A DNA stretch of 64,000 nt from Tubulanus polymorphus (taxonomy: Eukaryota > Animalia > Nemertea), in the NCBI RefSeq assembly GCF_964204645.1, contig NC_134025.1:10974001-11038000 (forward strand). Reading direction: 5' to 3'. Below, piece by piece: positions 14,993-28,843 of this stretch; positions within the stretch are counted from its first letter, which is position 1; each line of letters starts with the position of its first letter. The notes under the pieces are model-generated. The model had not been told where the DNA came from. It made no database searches and was given only the letters and a program-made list of their open reading frames with translations. Made by a program: the position numbers and the translations under genes.

Positions 14993-15262
14993 TTTTTGAC
15001 GCCGTTAAAACCGTTACAATAATGTTTACGTCTGTTATTCAGGGTTCTGTGTGATTCGATGTGCACTACGTCGCCAATATTGGCGTTTCAAAATAACAAC
15101 TACAATTGTGAATTTTGGCCTTTATGTTAAAATCAAATACATTTCATAACTCATATATTTGATGAATTCTAATGATTGCTTTTTAGGATGTACACTACGT
15201 CATCAATATACCGGGGCCAGACTGGTTGCCGGTCAATTCAATTCAAATATCGAAATATTCAA
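14993..15262 (+). mobile_element. Helentron/HINE-like non-autonomous family B, copy 1 (3' truncated)
   Basis: Starts TTTTTGACGCCGTTAAAACCGTTACAATAA, has two internal GATGT(G/A)CACTACGTC...AATAT units ~129 bp apart and GTCAATTCAATTCAA. Homologous to 30810-31200 and 42333-42826. Confidence 0.75.
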
Positions 15263-18200
15263 CATAACTCGATCGATCCTCAATATCATATGAATTTATC
15301 TTATCATTTTTGTCGAAAATCCCCAACTGGTCCAGCTCGATAGTTATGTATCGCGTTGCGCGATAATGCCGATACCTGTATCGATGGATATGTGTTTACT
15401 TTACGAATTAAACTCGGGCGCCGGGTACTTGAAATTCATTTCAACTGCATCAGAACACGTATTGACACACCATCATTTACACCGAGCTGGAGTAAGGCTG
15501 TGTGCGTAGAGAGAGAGGTGGTTTTTTAATGTACCTCCGCTGCCGTCCATCACTATCATACGGCTATAAAACTGAGTCGAAGTTCGGTAAATTTTCCACA
15601 ATTCGGCAGCGATTTGAATTCTTTTCGCGTCTGGTTTTACTCGATTGTTTGTTTTATAGTGTTTGTGCGCGTGGCCGATGTCGCGCTCGCGGTTTCCAGC
15701 TGATCGCTCTCAGCAAATATACGAATTTCGACGATGAGCACGTCAATCGTGAATGTTGATATCACTGCGTTCGCGGGCCTCCATTTAAAATATTTGAATC
15801 CTAGGTTTGTTAATATCATTATTTGAAAAAAAACACGCACGCTGTTTTATTTACTGTAGCGCTGTGTTCAGATGATTACGCTGTCATCTTAATCAACGAT
15901 GTTGAGACGTATGCTCGTACTTTTCTTTCTCGTAACCAACCTGCCGTCCAACCTGCCTAATTCGGATCAGTTTAATTCAGGTTTATGGTCCACCTATATA
16001 TACATAGATGTAAAATGCTTAATCAAGATTTCTTATAAACTGGATAAACTTCACATGATCCGAATTCGTGCGGTTACTGCGTACATTGTATCTAGATTCG
16101 CACATTCTGATGATCAGATATTGAAACTTAATCCGTTTTGCACGTTTTGGATCATTGGTGAAGCAGTTCTGACCATGGATCATCCTAGTACAAGCACCTT
16201 CGAGGATTTAAGTCTTCTCGTCTATACAGAATGCACCGGGGGAAGATTTTATCATTGGTTTTTTTTGTAGCCATAGCCTTTGATTCACGTCATGCTCATC
16301 GGGGGCAAATGTTTGATTTTCCCTCTCTACACTCGGGTTAAATTGTACAAGACATTTGCTGTAATTTTCTGAACCGGCTGATTGAATTTCCAATCGTTGC
16401 ATCCACGCGATCGCGTCAAACCTCGACTAGCCGCTCTAGTCTTACCGTCGAGCCTATGGTCTTAGCTGAACACCGCCGCATCGGCGGTTGCTGCGTCGGC
16501 TGTGCATTCAGACTGCGTAATTTATGGTGAAAATTGAAAACGCAATTTGCAAAGAAGTCACGTACGGGTCTTGCATCGTAGTTTGGGCAAACAAGCTGAT
16601 TTAATAGTTAAATTACGTGGACTCAAAAATTGCTGCCGCTGAAAATGCAAATCGCGTCGTTGTCGTTTGGCCAGGCGATGGCTGAAATTCCACCTGGTAA
16701 ACATGATTTGCATGCGCGCGCTACCAATTTAGCGGCTTTGTGCGTGTGTTGAGCTGTGTTTTCGCCGTGTTGAGCTGTGCTCCGCGAACTTTCGACAATT
16801 AACTCTGTCTCGATAGGTGAATTTGCCAATTAGAAAGTGTGCGCTTCAATTCGTTGGTGTTGATTTTCCACCGTGTCCTCTCCTGTTTAGAGAGACTTCT
16901 TCGGTGAGCTAACTACTTAGAATTCACAATTAGAAGCGAAGCGAACTGAAAAACGCCCCACACCCTATGTCCTTCACTGTATAAAAACTCATTTGAATTC
17001 ATTCTCAAAGTGAGCTTGATTTATGAAAAGTGATTTCGAAAAACAAATCTAGTCCTATGCTACCAGTATATTACATTGAACTGTTCAAAGCATCTCGATA
17101 AACGACAAACTTATAACAGCTAATTTAATTTTGCCTGTTTCCAAAAATAAAGAAAAGCTCTTCGTTAAACATATCTTTTACTTTTCCAGCATCCGACTGG
17201 CGATATAAAGGCGTATTGTAATATTTTGACAGTTTAGAAGAAACGCGTACAGCTGTCGTTTGTCTTGTCTCGTGCACCAGGACCGGTGCCCGGGATGATG
17301 ATAATGGGATGCGCGCGAAACCAACTCGACTGTTCTTTAATCTGTGCGAACCATCGCAATGCTAATACATTAATTATAGGGCCTAGGTATTGTCGACGTG
17401 TGCACACGTGAATTCAAAGCGCATTGCTAGGCTTCCATCATGCGTACGACTGAGCCTCGGCCCACAGCCCGCCATATGCCGCCGATGCGCTCTACGCGCG
17501 GGCCCGTACGACCCCCTAGTTTATATTCCTTTATGGCGAAGTCCTTCCATTCTGATGCAATTGTTAGGTCGGTTTTTTATTTCCGTTGAAAAAATCATTC
17601 AACCGTTAATTCGAGTTATCAATTCATTGAACGGATATTATGGATGTTTTTTGCCGATGCTTTGATTTGTGTAAGCGTCTAACTTTTGGCCTTTCATGCG
17701 TGCGTTGTGTGACCCCCTCACCACGTAAGCTTATGCCGAACCTAACACAATGCGGATGAATCTTGTTTGAAAAATAGACAAACTGTTCTCTTGTCTGCCT
17801 CGATTTATTGTCTTCCAAAAGGTCTGCGTACTTTTAGGCGCAAATTACCTGCTGGGCGTTGTGTATATGGATGGATGCCATTTAAAGCAAATTCAAGTAA
17901 GAAGTTTCTCCAGCTGTCTTCATAAGCATATATAACCAAATGAAACGTCTTCGATTTCAATCATATCCCCGTCAAAGAGGTTCAATATCTCTTCAATGGT
18001 TTCCTCATCGTATGAAATTCTCAATGCCTCACGCATTGAAAATATACCCTACGCGACTTAAAATGTATCTTTCCTAATTACAATGATAAAAGCATAATTG
18101 AGAAATGCAACATTTTACTTTTTGGTAGTCCTGGCCTTAATCTGGTAGCTAATATAGAAATATTCACGCTTACAACAAGTTTTACCAGCTCTTATTACCC

Positions 18201-20654
18201 ATATCTATTTTAGTTCGCGTGTTTATTTATTAGCTGTATTTTGACTCATTATTATTATATGTATTGTTATTATTATTAATACTTAATATCACTATTATCT
18301 CTATCATTACCTTAGTTTATATTTTGAGTTTTGTTTATAATGATTTGAGCCAATATTTCTAGTATGTCTTTTATATAGATATGAATTTGCTAATTATGTA
18401 CTATTACTGTACCTCAGCGAATTCCATACTTCAAATCTTTATTTGGAAATAAAAAGCTATATCTAAAAAAATATATACATATAGTGTTCTATCGAAGTGA
18501 ATTTAAAGTATAAGCCTAAAAATGCATCTCACAAAACTTCAACGTTCGTTTTTTAGATTTTGCGTATGAAATGAAAGAATCTCTCAAAGCTTCACTCCCG
18601 TCGGGCTTCAGTGCCCATATAGTTCTTTTATGTCCTTTTGATTATGGGTTCTCCCTTATTTTTCTTACTTTTTATCATTGCTTTTGGAGAGGAGGAATAT
18701 CTATTGATACTTGTATATATAAGTCTTGTTCATCGTTTTACTGAAAAGTGTCGATCGAGCGATTTGAAAACATAGATTGTGTCGAGAAGGTAATTTCTAA
18801 TGTTCCCCAGTCAGAAATTACGTTTACGACAACGTGCTTTATCCCCTGACCCAAAGCTGCTGCAATCAATCCCGCGCAACTCGGCGCATAATTTAAACAA
18901 TGCCGCCAGCTTTGAATGTTCAGATCTCTTCGAAAAAGTTGTAATTCGCAGTCAAATCGTATGTAATAAGCCGAACATGGCTCAATTGAAAAATCTTTCG
19001 CAAAGCCACTGGCTTTCACTTTACCTATCCGTCAGTCTCGAAGAGGTGCCCACATGTAATTTCTCCTACGAGCAATTTTCTTCGTCGAAAGCGGCATCAA
19101 AGCACGTATCTTAATTGAGATGCGACCCGAAAATGAATTTCGCCAGTGCGCGCGCGTGTGTACTTATATATACATGAAATAATTACTTGCTTCGGAAATG
19201 TCATGTCCAACGGTTACAAATTTAGTTGGCTGAAAAAGTCGACTGCATTCACGCGCCGATTCGGAAGCGAACCAAGTTCGTGAGATGTTCTCGAGAGTAA
19301 TTGAAGCAATTTAAACCGGTGTTTCATTTTTTCGCTCGATGGTCGAAGCGAAGTCGGCGTCATGCACGTATTTGCCTCTGTCGTACATGGTACACAGAGT
19401 GATGATCATCGTCTTGTGTCGGGGTTTGCGTGCTCACGCCACGAAAAATGAGCCGAGGTCATTTCAGCCATCCGATCCATAATTCCCTTTCAGCCAAATA
19501 CATTTTATCGCGAGACAGCCAAGAGCACTTCAAGTGGAAGACCGAGATAGCTGAGAAGGAATTTCAATTTAAGCCTCTATTCAAATGAACTCGATCAGTC
19601 TTCGGTTTCGTGACTCACTGGGCAATGGGTAGTTACTGCGCGAATCGATACACCAGCGCGCCACAATACCAAACTTTTGCTTCGATGCCTTCTAGATAAA
19701 TGACAAGCAAATTTTCGCCGTATGCCTCAGCGGTCATGTCTTACCGCCGAATCAGACATCGGCGTACACAAATAAATTGCAACAATGCGCGGAGACTTCT
19801 CGAGAAACGCCGGGCGAAAATATGCAAAATAACTCCCGTGTCGCATTCAATCAAGCGGGTAGAATCCATCACACACACTCAGCTCTGCGTGGTCTGGATT
19901 ACTGGACATGCCATCAGCGAAATTTATCGATCGGTGGAAAACTCTATTACTGAAATGTAAATTAAGTTGAATCCGATGCGCGCGGGTCATATAGTCGGTT
20001 GGTTACGTTTCTGTTCGCTCGAGGCTTGATGGACTGTTCTCTCGTTTCGACCATAAATCACGATGGACGGCCGGATAAACGAACTTTCGAGTGTGTATGA
20101 GCGGAATGAATTTCCACTGAATTACCACCGGCGGCGGTGGGGTGAAGGGAGCTGGTGGAGGGGGGGGGGTGTTGCAACAGAGGTCTTTGAACGTATTTGA
20201 TGCAATGACATGAGTGGTAATGCAGTGCTGTAAAAATCAATCAAACCGAATGCCATTCCATTTTAGAATATTATAAACCTAATAAAAAAGACTGATCCTA
20301 CCTTGGTACATATTAAGTCGGTGCATTTTTTACTATCGTATTTTGGGAGACTCTTTATTTCTCTGATTCTCAATTCGTTGAAATATTAACAGCCCCAATG
20401 CTAGAGTTTCCCAGGCAAAGTTTACCGTATCTATATTGCAAAATATTGAAAATGATCAGTTTTCAGGAATTATTAGAAACAGACACATTTCAGACGATGT
20501 GAAATTGCTTTACTTTGTTTCAATTTATTCAAATAACATATATATTTTCTTTCACATGACCTTCCCAAATAGTAACAGCTTTCTCATTTGATAAGAGATC
20601 TTGATGTGGAGATTAGTTTTCAACAGCAAGTATATGGTACTATGAAAATCAGCA

Positions 20655-20830
20655 CCAGTTGCTCAAAAGTTGGTTAATGTTAACCACCAAAGGGAATGGC
20701 ATCGATACAATTTTAATGTCAGTTTTAGTGTCAGCTATTACCCCAGGGCGGTAGAAAGTGGTTCAACCTATATTCATAGGTTAACTTTGATTTCGGGCCA
20801 CGTGCTCAAAAGTTGGTTAAAAGTAACCCA
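20655..20830 (+). mobile_element. Two adjacent left-end fragments of a PIF/Harbinger-type MITE
   Basis: GCTCAAAAGTTGGTTAA occurs at 20661 and 20804, and GCTCAAAAGTTGGTT also occurs at 57624 in a two-ended copy. Confidence 0.55.
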
Positions 20831-23800
20831 TTAGATAACACAGATTTGACTGCATTGTTGCGATGTCTTACTTAAAACAGGCATGTGGAAGAGAGCTTAT
20901 ACTGCTTAAGACCAATAAATCTTTACAATCATCAGTGCTTTGATGCTTATGATAAATCTTTTCGAATATTTCCATCACATTTTCTTATTTTTTACGATTA
21001 TGTTCATACAATGGTTTTGGTCAGTCTTTCGCTAGCAGTTTAATTAAAGAAATATTCTGTTCTAGCTGCTAGCTAATCCCGTTTTCTCGTTATTTGCTTC
21101 GTCAGTCACAGAAAACAGTGGGTGTCTCATGTTAGTAGTTTTTTTCGATACTTTTTATGTGGCCGGAACATCGCCGACTTCCGCAGAAACAATACATGAC
21201 AATCATGAGATACTTAAGGGGTTGTCGTGCGTTCAATCAACCGTGATCTTCAGGTAGAGGAAAAAAGAGTCTTGAACTTTCTTTGATGGCATCGTCTTTG
21301 TTATTGTCATGTATATATGTTGCGGGTAGCTTGTATTCAACTCTCGGTACTTCATACATATATCAAATATATCAAAAGACGCTAAAAATACTAATTCCTT
21401 CAGGTCAGGCCCCCATTGAACTTGTCCTTTGTTACCGAAAGCACCTGGAGTCCGACCTACATGTTTCTTTCATATATATATATGAGCCATTTGCCCTGAC
21501 GATTTTTTGAAATATAATGACCTTCATTAAACATATTTCAAAAGTTTAAAAATTGGGTTTTCATAGTATGTGCGTTGTTTAGGCTATTAAAATGTTGATA
21601 CATCTATGTACTTCATGGTTTATTCAACAAAGCCCGATTGTTATCTCGAATTTTCCACGTTCATAAAGATATATATACATTCGGAGATCTTTATCCTAGT
21701 CTTGCGTCCGCGGTCTGCTGCTGGTGTGGAGACCAATAACTCACAAAGCGAAACGTTTAACAATAAAAATCGGGAATACCATTTCGTCCTTGCCGCATAT
21801 CAATAATTCTGTATTTCTATGTCTATCTTGTGACTATTTCTATCTCGTATTTTTTCTTGAACAGGCTGCAAATTCAAATCTAAAGCGGTTTGTCTGTAAA
21901 GGAGATGATGCATTTCAGTGTATGAAGGTATTTTGGTGAATGCAATTTCTGATAGTTTACGAAGGTTGATCTGGTCTCAACATTCAGTACTCGGCAATTA
22001 AAGCATTGTTTGTCAAACTGGTTTCTTGATATATCTTTTAAGATTAAATTAGCAATGAGCCATTCGTGTATTTTGTAGTACGAGACAGTACTAATCAACA
22101 TGCTAAGCCATCGCAGTTTCTTTTGTCAAACCAATTTTCTTGCATGGTATCAATTTCAGATGAACAATCCTAATGATAAGCCAGCAATATCTAGAAATTA
22201 GCTATCGTTTCATAAATAAGAGGTAAAAAGAAACGGGCTTGAGAAGGTCCAATTTGTTTTTAGAAACAATATAACTGTTTCGTATAGACAGATTAGATTT
22301 CCAGGGCCTCCGTAAATTCTTGATTAGTAATCATGAGATTAGAAATTTGATTTCGTACGTCCTCTAACAGCGAAATGTATAAATCAAAATAATAAGATTG
22401 ACGACGATTTCAACATGATACGGTATTATTCGTCTAATTACAAATAAGAGCCTTTTTCGAATAATCTGAACGATCCATTTGCTAAATTAGACCATGCTTC
22501 ACCGAGTTCGAAATATTCAAGACAAAAAAGTGATATTCTCATCCAATTTAATGTTAGTTAAAAGTTAGCTATTAAATGTCATTATAGTGACGGCACAAAT
22601 GAATGTATTTTTCAAGTTACCAAGCCTCTTCACATATTTGAATGATTGCCCGAGGCCGAGACACCTACATATACTTTAAGTATCTAACGACAAGCACTCT
22701 TAAAAAACTTTGATTACTTGTGCACATGTATGGCATTGTTTCGTGTGTGCCACTTCGGGAAAACTGTTTTTGTCCGCCTTCGAAAAAAGGAAGCAATTAC
22801 GAAGAAGTGTAGCAAGCGCGTGAGCGCCAACTTCTAACTTGGAGCAAGGGAAATTATTAGTTTAAGATCTAAATGAGCAATCGTCACCTTAGAATTCATA
22901 CTCATTCAAATACTTCTGACCACCCATCGCTTATCCGATACAAGCTCATCGGTCTACGGATAAGATTGTTAGACGGTATATGCGCAGGAAAAGGTTGTTC
23001 ACAAATCATTTGACCAAAACTATTTGAAATAATGCAGTAAATCAACAAAACTACGTAATTCGCATTCTTCACATTTTTTCTAACGAACTTTATTTTTTCA
23101 ATTATTTTGTTTTTATATGCAAATTAATGCAAATCGGCCGACGAATGCTCACCTCAATTTTCCCGAGTCTTTTTTGAACGAATGTTTGATTTCGAGACGT
23201 ATAATTAAACACAGTTTGAGGCTGGTCGAGAGACTAACTAACGTAAAAGCAATGGCCCGTGCACGGGTCTCTTTGTCTTAGGTCACAGCTGTCCTTTTAT
23301 TGTGAGAAGATTGAGTTGGGTGGTTCTTTTTTGCTTGGCGCTGTCTTTCACGTGCCCCATTTAAGCAATTAAAATCATTCGAAATAAATGTTTATAAATT
23401 TGAAACATTCCCACCGAGGCTATACACGTTGGCGTTTCAGACTTGGTAAACTTCAGTTTTGGGACGTGTTGTGGTCTTTCTCAAGGCAAAACGGTCTTTC
23501 TGGCACCTAGCTGCCCCAGACCTTTCTGAAGTCGTTGAATTTATCATGGTAAACGGGATTGAGATGTTGGAGCATAGAGACACTATTTCTAACGATGGAA
23601 TCCGGAAAAATGACATAATTCATGATTTTAGAAAATCTTAACGATACGAACGAAAAGAGAAAGGTCTTCTTTATTTTGGCTTTGGCTTATAAAAATGGAT
23701 CGCATGACAGCAAAAATATTTCCATGAACGTGTATTTATTTGAAGTCAATAAGTCGTAAACAGATGTGGACTTCGGGAAGAGAGATTCTAATCGTTTTTT

Positions 23801-24239
23801 TTCTTTCTGCAGACGTGTTTCACGTTTGTTCGTTGTGGTAAAAACGATCGCCTGGATCACGCGGTCAGGATCTCTGTTACGGTTCTTGGGAAAGTTGTCA
23901 TCTGCAGGGTTATTTGCGTGATTCTCGCGCATAATACCGCGAGTTTTTTTTTTGTAAGTCGACTGTTACTAGCCACGGAATAGATTTTTGATAGATTTTT
24001 AAGCTGCGTGGTATAAGTTTGAAAGAACATGTCGTATAGATCACAGTCTGAATAGAGCGGAACAGCATTGACTAAAGTGGGTAAAGTGACAAATTTGAAC
24101 CATTTCCTAGAGATAAATAATTTATTTTCTGATCTTCTGAAATTGAGCCCAGTGAATGTCCAGGTGATCATCTGATCCTTCCTCAACAGGACCCAGTTTT
24201 CTTTCAACCTGTGCCCGCTGAGCGCTACTTGAAGCAGGC

Positions 24240-24700
24240 ATTATTAGCAGATTGAGGTTTCACGGGGACCAGCGTTCACTTCTCGTCTGTATGTTCGTCC
24301 GTAGATCAAAAATTTGGGAACGCTCAATTGATTGAAATGATATTTTGTCTATTCACGTAGGCCTATCTACCCTAGACACACCTGCATCTAAAAAAGTGAC
24401 CCGATCAGATTCGAGATGGCTGACTGGCAGCCATTGTTGTTCAAGGGCAATTTTGAAGACGCTTCAATGAATTTTCTTGATACTTGATACTTGATAGGTA
24501 TATGTATCTCTCTTAGGGCCATCTTCATGAGGAAAATTCGATCGATCGGATACAAGATGGCAGTCCTGTGACCTTTCTGTTCCCAGGAAAGTCATTTTAG
24601 CCTGAATAATGAGAGATGGAGCTAACTATAACGGTTTACTCATTTCATTGAAATTCATGACGGGTATACTTTGAGATGTGATCTGTAACAAATCAGACAG
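24240..24700 (+). mobile_element. Highly decayed Helentron-like repeat relic (tentative)
   Basis: A GTCT/GTCC-like tract (CGTCTGTATGTTCGTCCGT) is followed by two related GATC(A/G)GAT..(G/A)AGATGGC subunits at ~24403 and ~24544. Class assigned by resemblance only. Confidence 0.3.
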
Positions 24701-27700
24701 GCCTTTTGATCAGTCGATTCTTATTTTCTTGGAGACCAGTTTAGTATCGTCAGTCGTCATTCATAGACACAAAAAAAAGTTTTTTGAGGAAAATATCAAC
24801 AGGTTTAAATAGAACTCCTGATATTTGATAATAATTGTTAGCATTGTCAAAGGACAAATCTCCATTTTATCGGTATCTTTGGGTATTTCGTAACCACAAC
24901 CATTTGCAAATTTGTAGCTCGTGGCGTGTTCTATGGTTGTGGCTAGTTTCAATGTCATTGGTTTCAGTATATGTTACTAGGGGGCATGGAATAGCATGAT
25001 ATTTCCATAAATAATACCTATTCAAATTTTGTAACCACGATCAATCGCAAAACTAATACAAAGTTCTATGAGTTCGGTGAGTTTCAAGGTAATTGGTTAC
25101 CTCATTGGTTCACCAGGGGGTGTTGAATATTTATTGTCAGATTGTCGGGCCTTTCACAAGTGGGCATGCTGTTCCCGGGCCCTAGTTTTCTTATTAATGG
25201 GAGAGAGGCCTTCAACCAAGAGACTTGGCCTCATAATCTAAATCCTGTAGCAAAAAACTGATTATGTTATGAAGTCTTGTTTCTCGATAGTCGCGTCGTC
25301 TTGTAGCAATTCGAATTAGAATTGATCGATTATTCATGACATAAGCGGTCACGTCGGTTGCCCCGTCCCATCTGGTGGACAGAAAAAAGTATTTCAGGCG
25401 CACGAGCTCTCCCTCACAATTAACGTAAACAATCCATCGAAATAATGATTCATAAATAATGTGAATAGATTGATAGAGCATGTGTCTTCATTCCCTGATT
25501 CTTGCATTCATTCAGACTACAGTGGAATATCAGGCAACTGTGGCTAGTTCTACAGATTTTGGTTATCAAATTAGTTCATTCCACAATTACTTTTAAAGTT
25601 GACTAAAGTTTGATTATTTCATTTCCAATGCTTCAACTAATAAGCAAAATCTGAACTCACTTCAATCATCAGCGGAATTAGATCCTGGATCTGATTTTAC
25701 TCTTTTCTCTGAATTTAGAAGATCGACAGGCAATTTGAGTACGATTAGTGGAAATTGGTATGTAATTTGGACCAAAAACCAAGGGTCTCTCTGTTTTTGT
25801 TCCATCAATTCTGATTCAAACTGTTTACAATAATTATGGAATATTCAGTAATAAAACTAGGTGGATGTATTCATTTTGCTGGCGACGCCGATGAACTCGT
25901 GAACCTTGAAATCACGATACATCGTTCGTTTAATTATTCCGGCTGATTACTCCAATATTAAACTAATGATTGTATATACAGTGAAATGTACAGTACAGTC
26001 GATAGCCCAATAGCAATTACATTTGTCAGTGTTGAAGATCGTTTCTGTGATGACTACAGGCTCGTATTGCCGTATTGGTACTTAATATGGACTTATGAAT
26101 CAGCTTTGAACTTCAAGAGATGCTACGCCGTAGCCGCGCCATGCATTCCCAATTTGAGAAAAATGGAAGCGCGTATATACGTGTGCGCAGCCTCTCGGCC
26201 ATCATTTCCATACTAATTTAAGATTTAGGACTAATTAACGAAGCGCAATTGAAGTGCCCATTTAGCAATCTTGTCGATATGCATCATCTTTTAAACGGAT
26301 TAATTCCAGTTTCGCATAAAGAGCTATTGATACATATGAGAGCGAGAAGGGGAGAGTGGGAGATGAATCCATAATTTTGTCGGGCCCATTTTTTACAAAG
26401 CCAATTTCAGACACATTCGTATGATTGAGAAATTCTTTTTGTTTTGTAATTACATTTTTTCAAGTGACTGTCTTTTACGCTGCAAGTATTTCTCGAGACT
26501 ATTTCAGTGATAACAGGTTTCTATTTCTATTGTATGCAATGGGTCTCGGATTCTTATTATATAGAAAATCAGACTTATTTCATTTTCTAACGATTAGACA
26601 GTTTTTATGCCTCATCATCCTACACCGGTTTGACAGCAAGCTTAATCTTGCAAACTAACAAAATGGAAGTTTTCTAATTCTGGCTACTTTTGTCTAAAAT
26701 TGTATCCGATAAAAAATTCCAGGAATATTTGTATTCGAATTCATAGTTAGGTGACCATTTGAAGTAAACACATTGGAAATCAACACATTAACTGCGCCAT
26801 TGTAATGGTGTTAACATGACCAATTATCTGTCCACTTTCAGAGTTTCTAATAGACTTATGGTGGTGAACATAACGCTCAGTTTTTTAACAAACAATTTTT
26901 TCTAGCGCCAAAGTTATCACTTTTCTTTTCCATCTTTCTGATAAGATTTATATTCTTATTCGCATCGCCTTATCAGCCCGTCGCTGGCATACCACACCGC
27001 CATGTTGATAATGGGACTTCTTTCAGTTGCGAATTAATAAATTAAGTAATTACGAACGCGAGTAACTGGATTTGCTCATGGCCGCGGGTCTTCTATCGGG
27101 AATTTATTATCCTTCGATTACTGGTTATGTCTGATTGACATCACCTTTGCTCCTGGACAGAGGATTCTACCCGCTATACTGCCACAGGCATTGCCATTAT
27201 ACTATGCAAATCTTACTCATCTGCATTCAGCCTCGTTTGCTGTAGACAATGCCCACGTAGATATATAGCTTGGTCATCTCTTAAGACAAAAAGAGATTTT
27301 CTTTTGAGAGGAAATTGCTCTGATTCTCAGCTACATTTTCGGTTACTCGTTCGTATTGAATGGGGTTATATACCATTATCAATAACAATCATTTATTTAT
27401 CTTATATTTTTCAAACCAAGTCATTTTTTGGCTTCGCTGAATATGCAATTTTAGCCTTTTTGCATGCTTATGATGCATTGTATTTTGATTATTTCTTTGA
27501 ATCTTGAAATCATTGAAAAATCCGTATATTGATATTGTAACTTGAAACATGTGTTCACCATAAACTGGATTGGTTTCATTTCTAAATATGTGCGTAGTAT
27601 GCGTATATCTGATAATTCAAACTTTTTCTTTAGTAAGCTCTATCAACTTTCACTTTTTCGACGTGCAGCCAGTTTCACGATTCAAAATTATGATTAATTT

Positions 27701-28575
27701 GCCAATGACAACCTTATCATTTTCAATAATCTCAACAAAAAATCTAATCGTAATTAGCCTTGTGAAACTTGGCCCAGGGGTTACCTCAATATTGAGGTTA
27801 AAGCGAAAACCAGTCCATAAAACTGGTGGCCACATCACAGAACGTCAACGTAGCATCAGTATTGTGTTATCGTCACCTATAAAAGTCGTTCTGCAAGTCT
27901 CTAATGGCCAAAATATAACGAATTGCGAAAAATCTCCAAAAAAACATTTTTAGAATTTTTTGTTCAATCATGCCTTTTGAATTAAAATGGAGTCCATCAA
28001 CTGTGAATGAGCAGATGGTGGTATAACCATAAACGAGCGAATTAAATCAAGCCATTCGCTGCTGGATCGATCTATTCAGTTCGTTCGGTCGTCGGGCGAT
28101 CTTTTAAAAAGATTCAAGCAACTGGGTTCAATTAGTCGTGAACTTTTTAAGTGTTTTCCGTTCATATGTATGTGTCTGTGTCTGTGTCAGTGTGTGTGTA
28201 TGTGCCATCATACGCGACAAAGCATTTAACAAACTAATCCACATAATAAGCGAGACAGTTGGCCGAAAACGAAACTTCTAATCCTGCGGGTGCGAGGATT
28301 AAGTGTTCGAGCTGTCAAACTAGCCGCACTTTCTAGGTAGATTTATCGCGGCATTGTATTTATGTATATATGGATCAGTGTCTAAAACCGCGACATCAAA
28401 AAGTTCACGGAAATAGCCGCAATATGCTCTTATCAGAATCACACGGAACACTTTTGCCACCAAACCTGTGAATGTATCCGCCCCTGAGTTACACGAGGAA
28501 AATGACCAAAAATATAAAAATGGAAAAAATTATCTTCAACCTTTTGATATAGTTATTCCCAAGTGCTCAATGCAT

Positions 28576-28843
28576 CAAATTAGGCAGCCAACAAAGTTAA
28601 CCCAACCAGTCACTTGCCGGTTCAGACTGGAAACCTATGTACGTTATTGTATTCCGATTTATGAAAAATTCTGTAATTCCGACCACCGATCACACAACTT
28701 TATCTGTAGTTCGATTTCCGATTTCAAAATCAAATCCCCTGTTTCGTTCCCGGCAGGTGTGATGGGTTTGTATGGGACACCAAATCAAAACAAATCCAAC
28801 GAAATGTACCAATTTAATAAATAACAGGGACAATCTCTATTTC
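28576..28843 (-). repeat. Unclassified interspersed repeat family A, copy 2 (inverted)
   Basis: TATCTGTAGTTCGATTTCCGATTTCAAAATCAAATCCCCTGTTTCGTTCCCGGCAGGTGTG is the reverse complement of the family core. Both flanks also align to 50303-50646. Confidence 0.85.

Noticed and set aside
16107-16130. Other CTGATGA motifs (also ~2117, ~49200, ~50510) as hammerhead cores or C/D boxes
   Set aside because: No stem II followed by GAAA, and no terminal stem or box pairing.
16955-17010. CACACCC box, TATAAAA and TCATTC initiator-like motif
   Set aside because: TATA-to-initiator spacing (~21 nt) is too short and no downstream exon is evident.
19700-19960. ORF containing RRIRHRRT...LLEK, reminiscent of a homeodomain N-terminal arm
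   Set aside because: The spacing is wrong, the conserved Phe is missing, and there is no helix 3 (WFxNRR) in any listed ORF.
20139-20169. G-run clusters with quadruplex potential (also 48048-48073 and 59858-59870)
   Set aside because: Simple poly-G runs of this kind are common in such genomes and there is no functional context here.
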